In this document: in pieces, positions 35,134-44,198 of the stretch | How the letters are laid out: the number at the start of each line of letters is the position of its first letter | How positions within the stretch are numbered: position 1 is the first letter of the stretch | IMG/VR virus record: IMGVR_UViG_3300032820_000003 | Span: 21,064 to 85,063 of that record | DNA from: a virus | Length of the DNA: 64,000 nucleotides | Direction: 5' to 3' (one strand) | Made by a program: the position numbers and the translations under genes | Notes under the pieces: generated by a model | Told to the model about the DNA's origin: nothing | Databases searched by the model: none | The model's input: only the letters and a program-made list of their open reading frames with translations

Positions 35134-36004
35134 TCAAACCCATAGCTTTCTGTTCTTTATATGCATACCACGGGCCTGATTGAGTAATTAATTTTGCCTC
35201 AATCCCATCTCGGATATAACTTTCAGTAACATCAATTCCACCTTCCACTCTAAATGGTACGGTAGCTGAATTCCAATTCTCGCCCCCAACTTTACTCTTA
35301 CGTAATCGGACTTCCATATCAAAACCAACATTAGTAGTTCCTTCTTTAATCCAACCACTTCGTCTGACTTGTAATAAGAAGTGGGCAAAGAAAGCTTGGG
35401 CTAACCCACCCGGCATATTATCTAAGGCTACAGGCCCAATACTACTTCTAACTTGGTTAATAGCTACTAAAGCTGAACCGTGTTTTAAATTAGGTAGTAT
35501 TCTAGGCAATGAACTATTTACAAATCGTGCTTGCCATGCCATTGGATTATAAGAAAAGTCTTCATCATGTACTGCTGTAGGAACTAGTCCTGCAATACTG
35601 TCTAAAACTATTACGTCTACTCCTGCCCTCATTAATTCTCTAGCTGTATCCATTGCTTCTTCACCATTGATCGGTTGGGCAACCATAACCTTTGATGAAT
35701 CAATACCACATTTCTCAACCCAAGCTGAGTCCCATGATAATTCTGTATCTATCCACGCTGTAGTCCCTCCATTTCTCTGTGCATTTGCGACAACCTGAGA
35801 GGCTAAATATGACTTACCTACATTAGTTGGGCCATATAAAATGGTCATTCTCTTTTTAGGTATGCCACCACCAGTAAGATTATCAAGAACAGGGATATTG
35901 AAAGGGATTCTTCCAAAAGAAAAGTCGTCACTATCTCCCCTCCTTAAATTCATTGTTTTGTTTTGTAATAATGATTCTATTACATCTTCAGCACTATTTT
36001 TCAT
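35063..36004 (-). CDS. recA: RecA recombinase
   Basis: GGGIP, GPTNVGKS Walker A, IDTE, VLDSIAGL, QAR, INQVR and PGG. Confidence 0.93.
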   Translation of the reverse strand: MKNSAEDVIESLLQNKTMNLRRGDSDDFSFGRIPFNIPVLDNLTGGGIPKKRMTILYGPTNVGKSYLASQVVANAQRNGGTTAWIDTELSWDSAWVEKCGIDSSKVMVAQPINGEEAMDTARELMRAGVDVIVLDSIAGLVPTAVHDEDFSYNPMAWQARFVNSSLPRILPNLKHGSALVAINQVRSSIGPVALDNMPGGLAQAFFAHFLLQVRRSGWIKEGTTNVGFDMEVRLRKSKVGGENWNSATVPFRVEGGIDVTESYIRDGIEAKLITQSGPWYAYKEQKAMGLNGVRKLFTENPDLFEVLKSELAA

Positions 36005-36271
36005 TTAACCCTCCTTACGTTGATGGATCGCTTCTGCCCATGCAAAATATACAGCACAGGCTTGAATAATCTCCTCGTACATATTTTCATCGTCTTTTTC
36101 CCAAATGGCTCGTGCTACTTCACCATTCTCTTCTGTTGCTATGACATTCCAATATTCATCTGAATGTCCTGATTGGTTACCATACATTGTATCTTGACGC
36201 TCTCTTTCTGCAAGAACTGCCTCTAAGACTATTGCCCTAGTAACCTCGTTTTTAATTGCTTGATCCTTCAT
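36005..36271 (-). CDS. MazG-like NTP pyrophosphohydrolase
   Basis: ERERQD...EENGEVA...EEIIQACAV. Confidence 0.75.
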   Translation of the reverse strand: MKDQAIKNEVTRAIVLEAVLAERERQDTMYGNQSGHSDEYWNVIATEENGEVARAIWEKDDENMYEEIIQACAVYFAWAEAIHQRKEG

Positions 36272-36476
36272 CTAATACCTCTGTTATTTTATTATCGACT
36301 TCATCCTTCATATACCCCCAGATTTGATTAGCGGTATCTTTAACCTCGGCTAATTGAACATCAACCGGGACTTCGGTGTCGATTTGATCTACATTCAAGT
36401 CTATCCTAGCATATTGATTTGTTGCTAAGTCTCCAACTCTAAATGTAAACCCTAAATGCATACTTACTTTTGCCAT
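36252..36476 (-). CDS. Phage hypothetical protein
   Basis: LGFTFRVG..YARID pattern; GAGG RBS. Confidence 0.7.
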   Translation of the reverse strand: MAKVSMHLGFTFRVGDLATNQYARIDLNVDQIDTEVPVDVQLAEVKDTANQIWGYMKDEVDNKITEVLDEGSSN

Positions 36477-36775
36477 TCTTGTTCCTCCTCTAATTTAAGT
36501 GTAAAACATTCTCTTTGTAGCATTAAACCAATTATAGCATATCCTGCTATATCAGTAAAGCTATCTTCTATTGCTTCATGTTTAGGCGTTTTAGCTGTCC
36601 ATAACAAGTGTTTTAATCTGCCTATTTTGTCCCATAGGCGGACGATTAAGCCCTGTTCTTTGAAAACTAGTATATTATCAGGGCCGTAGTCTTTATGCTT
36701 CTCTATGACCGTCCTAGCCACCTCTAAAGCGATGTTACGACACGCCTGATCAAATGTACCCTCACTCTGTCGCAT
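36464..36775 (-). CDS. Nucleotide modification associated domain 1 (DUF1599) protein
   Basis: KHKDYG...VRLWDKIGRL...EAIEDSFTDIAGYAI. Confidence 0.85.
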   Translation of the reverse strand: MRQSEGTFDQACRNIALEVARTVIEKHKDYGPDNILVFKEQGLIVRLWDKIGRLKHLLWTAKTPKHEAIEDSFTDIAGYAIIGLMLQRECFTLKLEEEQEWQK

Positions 36776-37088
36776 CTTCCTTCTCCCATTTCTGAACCTT
36801 ATCTAATACATATACATGTAAATCTGCTCCAAGTCCTGATGCAAAAGCAGCTAAACGTATTACATTATCTAATGTTTCTGAATATAACTCTCTATGTTCT
36901 TTACTATTTTCATCTGCTCTGTACCATGAATTTTGAATCGCTTTTATCCTATCATCTAAATCCTGTATTCTTGTAGCTATCTCTAATTTATCTCCCCATT
37001 GAGGATTGTCTTTTAAAGATGCGGTTCCATGTGGAGTATTAACTATTTCTGTCATAACTACCTCGTTTTTTACCATAATTATAATCAA
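36762..37088 (-). CDS. Hypothetical helical protein
   Basis: Start probably at MTEI after GAGG. Confidence 0.6.
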   Translation of the reverse strand: MIIIMVKNEVVMTEIVNTPHGTASLKDNPQWGDKLEIATRIQDLDDRIKAIQNSWYRADENSKEHRELYSETLDNVIRLAAFASGLGADLHVYVLDKVQKWEKEDATE

Positions 37089-37272
37089 TAGGATGTGGAA
37101 TAGAATCTATCTCTGTTTTTAACTCTTTATATTCGTTATAACGTTTATTAGCTTTATAGGTAGCATATGCACCTCCAACAATTCCAGCTGCTCCGCCAAT
37201 TACTCCTGCCACAATCCCAAATATTTTTCTCTTTTTCATATCTTTCACTCCCAATCTATATAATTTTCGCAT
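37039..37272 (-). CDS. Small single-TM protein
   Basis: MKKRK followed by a Gly-rich hydrophobic helix. Confidence 0.6.
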   Translation of the reverse strand: MRKLYRLGVKDMKKRKIFGIVAGVIGGAAGIVGGAYATYKANKRYNEYKELKTEIDSIPHPIDYNYGKKRGSYDRNS

Positions 37273-39203
37273 GATTCTTTTACGACTGGTTCATACATAA
37301 AGTCTTTTTTAGTCGCCCATGATGGCGAACATTCTTCCATATCTACATATAATGGTATATCTAAACTATTTTGCTCTAATAAAGATTTAATTTGGTTAGG
37401 TACTTCTTCTAACTCGGAGTTATCTATTTCACAAATGATCTCATCATGAACTTGTAATAACATTCTGCTTTTCTTATCAGCTAAGTATTGAGCAACTGAA
37501 ATCATTCGTTCACTTAATATATCAGCACTTGTGCCTTGAACAAGGTAATTAACTCCTTTATAGCCTAACTCTTTTTTAATCCTATATAAGCGTCCATATC
37601 TATTTCGTATCCATCCTCTACTCTCTACCGTACTAACTACAGAATCAAAAAATTCTTTTGACCCTTTCAACCCTGCAAAATACTGCTTTTTATACCGTCC
37701 TGCCTCAATAGGAGTAGTTCCTAATTGTACAGCGAGTTTATTACGCCCAATTCCATATATAGTTCCAAAGGTAATCGCTTTCGCCATTTGCCTATAAAAC
37801 TTAAAGTCCTTAGACTCCTCATCAACATTAAAAGCTAATTTAGCTGCTTCACCATGAAAATCAGTATCTGATCTTTTAAGTAACTCATTAATCTCCTCGT
37901 TCTGTAAATAACTTAAAAAGACTCTAACTTCCATTTGAGAATAGTCAAAACCAATTAATGTTTTTTCAGGTCGGGATATAAATAATCTACGAATAGCTAT
38001 TTGAGTAGGATCAGTATCATCATAATATTCATCCCCTAAATATCCCCATGTTTGAATCACATTATCAGATAAATCGGTTTGAGACGAGCCACCTTTAGAT
38101 GCTATCAAAGCTGATACCCTAGACCGTACATCTCGCAACTGATCTTCTGTTAATTCCTCATTTGACAATCTAAAATAGTTTCGGGGAATATTTTGAAGGT
38201 TAGGTTCTCGTGATGAAAGCCTACCAGTTAACGTACCCCAATTACAAAAAGATGTATGCATAACAGGTTTCTCTAAATAAGGTTCTATATATGTAGACCT
38301 TAATTTTTCTAATGTCCTATATTGCCTAACTAGTCCTGCAAGAGGATGATTAATTTGAATCAACGCAGCTTCACCCCAAGATTGCTTACCTTTAGGTGTA
38401 GTTTCTGGTGAAAAAATACCATTGTTGTTAAATACCTCACCTAACTGTGCCGTACTATTTATATTAAACTCTCCAACATCACTATATATCTGCCTTTCTA
38501 TTTCACTTTTACGCTGTTCAATCTTTCCCATAACATATTCTGCATATTTAGTATCTACTGAGATTCCAGACTCTTCCATATTTAATAAAACTTTAGTTAA
38601 AGCTTTCTCCATTTCAAAAATATCCATTTGATTAGTAGCTTCTAACTTAGCTAATCTATCATTATATAATGTTCTAGTCCACTCAACATCTTTTATACAA
38701 TAAGGGCCTAGTATAGTAGGTGGGGCTAACGAAAAGTCTTTATTCCATTTATTGGAACGCAACACTTTTTTAGTTTCTATATCATAAGCCCCTGCCTCAT
38801 CACCATAACTACGTTTTAAAGTGCTTGTTAAATCTAAATCTTTCACTACAGCGGGTTCTGTTAATCTAACCATTACTAATACATCAATTAATTCTATATT
38901 AGTTACATCTAAACCGTCCTGCTGTAAAAAGTGAAGATCGAATTTAACATTATAACCAATTAAACTCTTTCTTAAATTCATTACATCTATTAATTCTTTT
39001 AATGCTGTAGGAGGTAGATTTGTTCCTTGTTGATGCCTTACAGGAAAGTAATACGCTGCATTTTCTACTGCGATCCCAATCCCACATATCTGATTCATAC
39101 CAAAATAATCTAAACCATTTGTCTCAACATCTACTATCCACGTATCTGAAGAACGTAACTGAGTTAATACTTCTGCAAAATCTGTTAAATTATCAACTAT
39201 CAT
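37245..39203 (-). CDS. polA: Family A DNA polymerase (3'-5' exonuclease plus polymerase)
   Basis: DVET, YNVKFD, TGRLSS..PNLQNIP, DYSQMEVR, RQMAKAITFGTIYG, NYLVQG and QVHDE. Confidence 0.95.
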   Translation of the reverse strand: MIVDNLTDFAEVLTQLRSSDTWIVDVETNGLDYFGMNQICGIGIAVENAAYYFPVRHQQGTNLPPTALKELIDVMNLRKSLIGYNVKFDLHFLQQDGLDVTNIELIDVLVMVRLTEPAVVKDLDLTSTLKRSYGDEAGAYDIETKKVLRSNKWNKDFSLAPPTILGPYCIKDVEWTRTLYNDRLAKLEATNQMDIFEMEKALTKVLLNMEESGISVDTKYAEYVMGKIEQRKSEIERQIYSDVGEFNINSTAQLGEVFNNNGIFSPETTPKGKQSWGEAALIQINHPLAGLVRQYRTLEKLRSTYIEPYLEKPVMHTSFCNWGTLTGRLSSREPNLQNIPRNYFRLSNEELTEDQLRDVRSRVSALIASKGGSSQTDLSDNVIQTWGYLGDEYYDDTDPTQIAIRRLFISRPEKTLIGFDYSQMEVRVFLSYLQNEEINELLKRSDTDFHGEAAKLAFNVDEESKDFKFYRQMAKAITFGTIYGIGRNKLAVQLGTTPIEAGRYKKQYFAGLKGSKEFFDSVVSTVESRGWIRNRYGRLYRIKKELGYKGVNYLVQGTSADILSERMISVAQYLADKKSRMLLQVHDEIICEIDNSELEEVPNQIKSLLEQNSLDIPLYVDMEECSPSWATKKDFMYEPVVKESCENYIDWE

Positions 39204-39310
39204 TATTTCTCCTTAGTAGGCTTTCAGGTATAGCCTTTACAGCAAGCCTTGCCACGATCGGTGAGCGGTAAAATCCCTTTAAACCATACTCCGTATCTTG
39301 TCTGTGCATA

Positions 39311-40018
39311 TTAACTAAACAAGTTTTCCTTGTCAGTAGTTAGATTTACTACTTCAGCACTAGCTGACCCGTTGAGAGACGGGGCGGGTGTACCACCGTA
39401 TCGCTCTCTAAAGTAACCTTTAATAGTTGGCAGATCATCAATCTCTGTCAACTTATCGGCAGGGATTTCCTCACTACGAGCAGTAGCTGCTAGAGTATAT
39501 GATGTGTCATACATTCCAGTACCAGTCCTCTTAATTCGCATTACACCTTTATCCAAGGCTCCCCAATCGTTGTATATATCCACTAACTGGTTCCATATGT
39601 AGTTAGATCGTCCAAAAGTTAGAGCAATAACTCTGAAGTCATTAACCTCTTCCTTATAAAGTTTCCTTCCACTTGGCCCCTGTATTTCCATCCACGACTC
39701 ATTACGTCTTTCTGGGTGCAGAATTTCATGTACATATGCCCAAAAAGCGAATTTATGTGCGGGCCTAGTGTTTTCAGGAATGTCACTAGTATCAATCCCA
39801 TCATCGGACAGCTTGTTTGTCCAACGATTATCTACTCTATACGTATACATATAGATTTCATCAAATCTCTCATCACCCTCTTCGCCAGTTGCGACAGGTG
39901 TTAAGAAGGCTTGATCACCATCTCTAAACCAAACTTCCCTTCCGGGAGTTCCTCCACCCGAATTTCCACTTCCTATATTCTCTTGTTTTTGTGCTATTCT
40001 TGCAATACCACTTGTCAT
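39311..40018 (-). CDS. Single-stranded DNA-binding protein (gp32-like)
   Basis: Between primase and polymerase; IKRTGTGMYDTSY motif. Confidence 0.65.
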   Translation of the reverse strand: MTSGIARIAQKQENIGSGNSGGGTPGREVWFRDGDQAFLTPVATGEEGDERFDEIYMYTYRVDNRWTNKLSDDGIDTSDIPENTRPAHKFAFWAYVHEILHPERRNESWMEIQGPSGRKLYKEEVNDFRVIALTFGRSNYIWNQLVDIYNDWGALDKGVMRIKRTGTGMYDTSYTLAATARSEEIPADKLTEIDDLPTIKGYFRERYGGTPAPSLNGSASAEVVNLTTDKENLFS

Positions 40019-40037
40019 AATAAATTCCTCCTTTATA

Positions 40038-40895
40038 TTACCAAAATGTTCTTGTATTTATTATTTGTTGTAACTGTTCTTTATTTCTAATGTCCTGCAC
40101 ATCTTTATATTCAGTTGGCAACTGTGTATATGATATCACAAAGCGTTTAGAGATGCAAGTACTAATTTTCTCACTTCCCATACGTCCTGCTTCATCATTA
40201 TCTAAACATAATACTAATTCATTTGTGGGTAGTTTCACTAAAAGTTCCTCTTGGATTTTAGACATATGTGCGCCTAATAAAGCTACAGAATTAAATCCAT
40301 TTTGATTTAACCACATAGTATCCAGAGTACCTTCAGTAATACAGACAAAATCACATTTAGATATTTTATGACTGCCAAATAAAACTTTAGATTTCTTTAG
40401 ACCTTTAGAATATAAATATTTAGGTTCTTGTTTATGCTGTCGGGTTACCCATCCGACCTCTCTACTATTATTATCATGAATGGGAATGACTAGATTTCTA
40501 TATGTATCTATTCCACACTCCCATTCTAATAATGTTTGCTTATCAAAGCCTCGTTCAAAAATCCAATCGGGGACATATCCTTTCTGATAAGGTATTTCAA
40601 TCTCATCTAACTCCTGATCCTCAACGTCAAAACCATCAAATGAACAAAGTTCTATCTGTATACCATTTTTAAGTAGGTACTGTTCTACTTCGTCAGAATT
40701 AAAGTTTAAGTACTGTCCTATAAAAGACTTCAAACTCCCTTGCCCACATCCTCTAAAACAAATCCACATTCCTTTTTCAATATTAATTGAACATGAAGGT
40801 CGTGAATCATTATGGAAAGGGCAAGGAATCTGAAACTCATCTCTATCAGATGGTGTATCTATTCCCATATCTAATAGAATACTTCCCCAATCCAT
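40038..40895 (-). CDS. dnaG: DNA primase (CHC2 Zn finger plus TOPRIM)
   Basis: CPFHND..PS, CFRGC, KY, EGTLD and DNDEAG. Confidence 0.92.
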   Translation of the reverse strand: MDWGSILLDMGIDTPSDRDEFQIPCPFHNDSRPSCSINIEKGMWICFRGCGQGSLKSFIGQYLNFNSDEVEQYLLKNGIQIELCSFDGFDVEDQELDEIEIPYQKGYVPDWIFERGFDKQTLLEWECGIDTYRNLVIPIHDNNSREVGWVTRQHKQEPKYLYSKGLKKSKVLFGSHKISKCDFVCITEGTLDTMWLNQNGFNSVALLGAHMSKIQEELLVKLPTNELVLCLDNDEAGRMGSEKISTCISKRFVISYTQLPTEYKDVQDIRNKEQLQQIINTRTFW

Positions 40896-41107
40896 TATTT
40901 CTTGCCTTTTCGTAAGAATAAAACCACATCGCTAGTATATCCAGTAGTATCAGTTACTTTGCCACTACGAATATTTCCCACGGTAAGTGCTACCTGTTCT
41001 GCTGTGGGGCCTTTACTTTTTACAGTTCTCACTATAATCCCATCTTCATTGTGATCATGTTTATGCTCTTCTTTATGAGAACCTAAAAACCAATTAATTA
41101 AACTCAT
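40895..41107 (-). CDS. Hypothetical protein
   Basis: AAGGAGG RBS. Confidence 0.7.
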   Translation of the reverse strand: MSLINWFLGSHKEEHKHDHNEDGIIVRTVKSKGPTAEQVALTVGNIRSGKVTDTTGYTSDVVLFLRKGKK

Positions 41108-41118
41108 GCTATCCTCCT

Positions 41119-42363
41119 TTAATATAATCCACCGAATGTGGTTTCATGAACTTCTCCGCTATCGACATTCCATTGCATGGCAGTTGTCTCTATTGGAAGA
41201 ATTCCATCTCTGTACTTTTGAAATTGTACTAATCGTTTATTATCTTCATCTTCTACTAATGACATAGCCATAGCTACGTCTGAAGCCCTAATTAAAGCGT
41301 CCCCAAAGGCTACTTGATCAGGACGAGGTGGAGAATACATATGTGCCGCATCTCTATTCGCCTGAGTAGAAACAAATATTGGGGTGTTTGTTGTTTGGGC
41401 TAAGTTCTTCATCCCATAAAAAACAGAATGTGACTGTTCCCACATAGCCTTCCTATTACCTACTCCTGTATTAATAAGATATATACCATCAATAACGACT
41501 AATTCGGGCTTATGTTTCCTAATTAATCCTGCAATATTCTCTACAGATATACTTGTTGCCCCTTCTATATGGTCACAAATCAATAATTGTTGATCATGAA
41601 TAGCATCAAGGAATCGTTGGTACTCTCCCTCATCTATCTGATCTCCTGATCTTATAGCTTTATGCGATAAATTAAATCCCATCATATTAGCAAGCACCAC
41701 ATCAGTCCGTAAACTGATTTGATTAGTTGGCATCTCAGTAGAAATTAACAAGGTTCTAAAACCTTTTGCAACTGCTGTAGCTGCGGCATGAACACACATC
41801 CATGTTTTTCCTACTGTAGGTCTAGCGTATACCGAGATTAGTTCTCCCGGAAGCCATCCAATACCTGTAGAGTTGACACTAGGGAAACTTGTAGGTACTC
41901 CCATAATACCATCGCCTAATTTACGGCGTTCCTTTCGGGATCGCCACTCATCTAATCTCGATCCTGATGATTTTGTATAACTTTGTATATCATCATCATG
42001 CAAGACCTCTAAATCCTGTAGACCCGCCATAATCTTAGTCATTGCATTCTTAGGTTCGGTATGAATTAAATCCCTATTAGAGTTAATTAATCCAACCATT
42101 TTCCTATACAAAACTTGATTACCAAATATCTTAGTAGCATATTCCCATTTTAAGGATTGTGCTGACGGATCAAGGCTAGGAAAATTCTCCACTAATGTAG
42201 CTTCACTAGGGAACTCCCCATAATCATCAAAATATTTTATTACAAATCTATAAGCATCACCATGAACAGAAAAATCCACAGAATGCTTATTAAATGTTCT
42301 AAGATTATTTTTAGTATCTAACCCAAAAATAATACCAGACTCAATATAATCAAAACTCTCCAT
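41119..42363 (-). CDS. dnaB: DnaB-like replicative helicase
   Basis: ARPTVGKT Walker A, STEM, VVIDG, TQANR and KYRDG. Confidence 0.92.
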   Translation of the reverse strand: MESFDYIESGIIFGLDTKNNLRTFNKHSVDFSVHGDAYRFVIKYFDDYGEFPSEATLVENFPSLDPSAQSLKWEYATKIFGNQVLYRKMVGLINSNRDLIHTEPKNAMTKIMAGLQDLEVLHDDDIQSYTKSSGSRLDEWRSRKERRKLGDGIMGVPTSFPSVNSTGIGWLPGELISVYARPTVGKTWMCVHAAATAVAKGFRTLLISTEMPTNQISLRTDVVLANMMGFNLSHKAIRSGDQIDEGEYQRFLDAIHDQQLLICDHIEGATSISVENIAGLIRKHKPELVVIDGIYLINTGVGNRKAMWEQSHSVFYGMKNLAQTTNTPIFVSTQANRDAAHMYSPPRPDQVAFGDALIRASDVAMAMSLVEDEDNKRLVQFQKYRDGILPIETTAMQWNVDSGEVHETTFGGLY

Positions 42364-42365
42364 TC

Positions 42366-42596
42366 TTATCTCTCCTCTCGATATACAGTTCGATTAGCAT
42401 CAGTATAAACTGATAATATTATCTTTCGATCTGTAATCTTATTTAACTTTTCTTTCACTTCACTTACTGTATTAAACGTTCCATAACGAATAACTTCTTC
42501 AGTTTCATGTTTTACACCGACAATTGTATAGGTTGTCGAATCATCTGTCAAGCGAGTTTTAAATAATCCAAAATCTTGCTTTTTACTTCCCAGCAT
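42366..42596 (-). CDS. Hypothetical protein
   Basis: GGAG RBS; operon packing. Confidence 0.6.
   Translation of the reverse strand: MLGSKKQDFGLFKTRLTDDSTTYTIVGVKHETEEVIRYGTFNTVSEVKEKLNKITDRKIILSVYTDANRTVYREER
42523..42551 (-). promoter_or_regulatory. Sigma70-type promoter upstream of the replication genes
   Basis: TTGACA-17 bp-TACAAT. Confidence 0.6.
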
Positions 42597-43095
42597 CTAG
42601 TAAATACTCCAACCTAATTTTTAAACTATCTTTAATTTTATAAGCAGAACTCTTTAAATCCTCTGTAATTTCTTCCATTGTTAACCCCTCAATACGTAAT
42701 AAGATATATTTACGCTCCTCTTCAGTTAAATCTAAAGAATCTAATAATTCTCTTAGTTCTAAATCATTGTCTACATCTATTCCTACAGCCAAAGAATCAG
42801 CTAACTGATCTAATAAAGGCTGCTCATCATCATAATATACAGCGTCTAAGCTTATAGGCTGTTGATGACGCTGTGCTTTAGAGATTAAAGTTCGTAATGT
42901 ATTAACCATTGAGGTATGGAGGTATGTATGAAATATAACACCTCTATCCTCATCGAACCCATGCGCCGCTTTCATTATAGCTATACGTAATTCTTGAGCC
43001 AAATCGTCCCAATCCATACCTATAACAAAAGTATTTGAAAGCATACGAACTATTTTAGGTTCCCATTGTCTAATTAAATCGTCATTAATTTCCAT
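42583..43095 (-). CDS. Phage sigma factor (sigma70 family)
   Basis: Region 2 DDLAQE.RIAIMKAAHGFDEDRGVIFHTY; short region 4 LTEEER...GLTMEEI. Confidence 0.88.
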   Translation of the reverse strand: MEINDDLIRQWEPKIVRMLSNTFVIGMDWDDLAQELRIAIMKAAHGFDEDRGVIFHTYLHTSMVNTLRTLISKAQRHQQPISLDAVYYDDEQPLLDQLADSLAVGIDVDNDLELRELLDSLDLTEEERKYILLRIEGLTMEEITEDLKSSAYKIKDSLKIRLEYLLDAGK

Positions 43096-43280
43096 TACTT
43101 ACTTAAATACCTCTTTACTGTGGGGTTGCGGGATACCCCCCCAATTAAAATACCAAATAAGATCGTAGCTACCATTAGGATCGGTATATTTATTTCAGTA
43201 TACCGTCCCAATAGCACTAATGCTAGGTCTTCAAAGAAATGCGCTCCCGCCACAACGCTAGAAATGATTAACATCCGCAT
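43095..43280 (-). CDS. Small membrane protein
   Basis: Hydrophobic segments; TAATG coupling at both ends. Confidence 0.7.
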   Translation of the reverse strand: MRMLIISSVVAGAHFFEDLALVLLGRYTEINIPILMVATILFGILIGGVSRNPTVKRYLSK

Positions 43281-43711
43281 TACCTAACCTCTATATCAAC
43301 TGTTTTGGGTTGCAGTTCGGCTTTTTTCGGCATTGTAATGGTAAGAATACCATTTTCATACGCAGATGTGATTGATTCACAATCAACTTTAAACTTTTCT
43401 TCAATATTTGGTAGTTGTCTAGCAAAATTAAAGGAAGTTATTCCTCTATAAAGGTATTTTGCCTCTGTATCTTCTGTAGTATTGGTATCTTTCTCTGCTT
43501 TTATAACTAAAGCACTATCTTCTACCTTAACTACCATTTCTTCTTTACTAAAACCGGGAACAGCTACCTGTATCTTAAAAGAATCATCATATTCAATGAT
43601 ATCTAAGGGTAGTATCCCATCTGTAAGACTAGTATCAAAGACTTTATTCATTTCTGTGAATACATCCCCTAATACTCTTCTACTTATATTATTTCCAAAT
43701 CGATTTACCAT
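43280..43711 (-). CDS. Small heat shock protein (Hsp20/alpha-crystallin)
   Basis: PLDIIE, AVPGFSKEE, YLYRGI...F.R and AYENGILTITMPK. Confidence 0.93.
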   Translation of the reverse strand: MVNRFGNNISRRVLGDVFTEMNKVFDTSLTDGILPLDIIEYDDSFKIQVAVPGFSKEEMVVKVEDSALVIKAEKDTNTTEDTEAKYLYRGITSFNFARQLPNIEEKFKVDCESITSAYENGILTITMPKKAELQPKTVDIEVR

Positions 43712-43777
43712 ATATATTTCTCCTTATATTTATTCACTTACGTATATGTAAGTGTTTTTCCTCTCGGATTTATGAAG

Positions 43778-43807
43778 ATTGTATCATATGGTAAATGGTC
43801 GTGTCAA
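43778..43807 (-). promoter_or_regulatory. Sigma70-type promoter for the Hsp20-sigma operon
   Basis: TTGACA-18 bp-TACAAT with extended TG. Confidence 0.8.
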
Positions 43808-43811
43808 GTTT

Positions 43812-44198
43812 TTAGTCGTTACGTTCACTCCTGTAGAAACATTTTCTAGAACAGTATACATTTTTATAGCCACGTTGATGTCTTTGTATTATTTCACCCC
43901 TTCTAAGATAGAAAGGTACTGTACAATAGCTACAATTTACTTTAATTCTATAATATTTAAACCTACATTCAGAATTGCAGAATCTTCCCCGTTTTTCTAG
44001 AACATCATTACAAACTAAACAATAATATACTTTACTATGTTGTGGAAAAGCTGTAATCATATTCTCACTTTTAAGTATCTGGGAAACTCTACCTCTTGTC
44101 AAGTTAAGCTTTTTAGCTATTTCTGATGCTGGCATTGTAGGATTCTTACGTCTAAATTTACGTATTCTTTCTCTGGATGTTAATTTACGTCTAGGCAT
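43812..44198 (-). CDS. HTH plus Zn-finger DNA-binding protein
   Basis: SEIAKKLNLTRGRVSQIL HTH; CxxC, FCNSEC and YCSRKC. Confidence 0.8.
   Translation of the reverse strand: MPRRKLTSRERIRKFRRKNPTMPASEIAKKLNLTRGRVSQILKSENMITAFPQHSKVYYCLVCNDVLEKRGRFCNSECRFKYYRIKVNCSYCTVPFYLRRGEIIQRHQRGYKNVYCSRKCFYRSERND

Noticed and set aside
37995-38177. Intein or intron in polA
   Set aside because: No Cys/Ser start, no His-Asn end, too short, and the frame is uninterrupted
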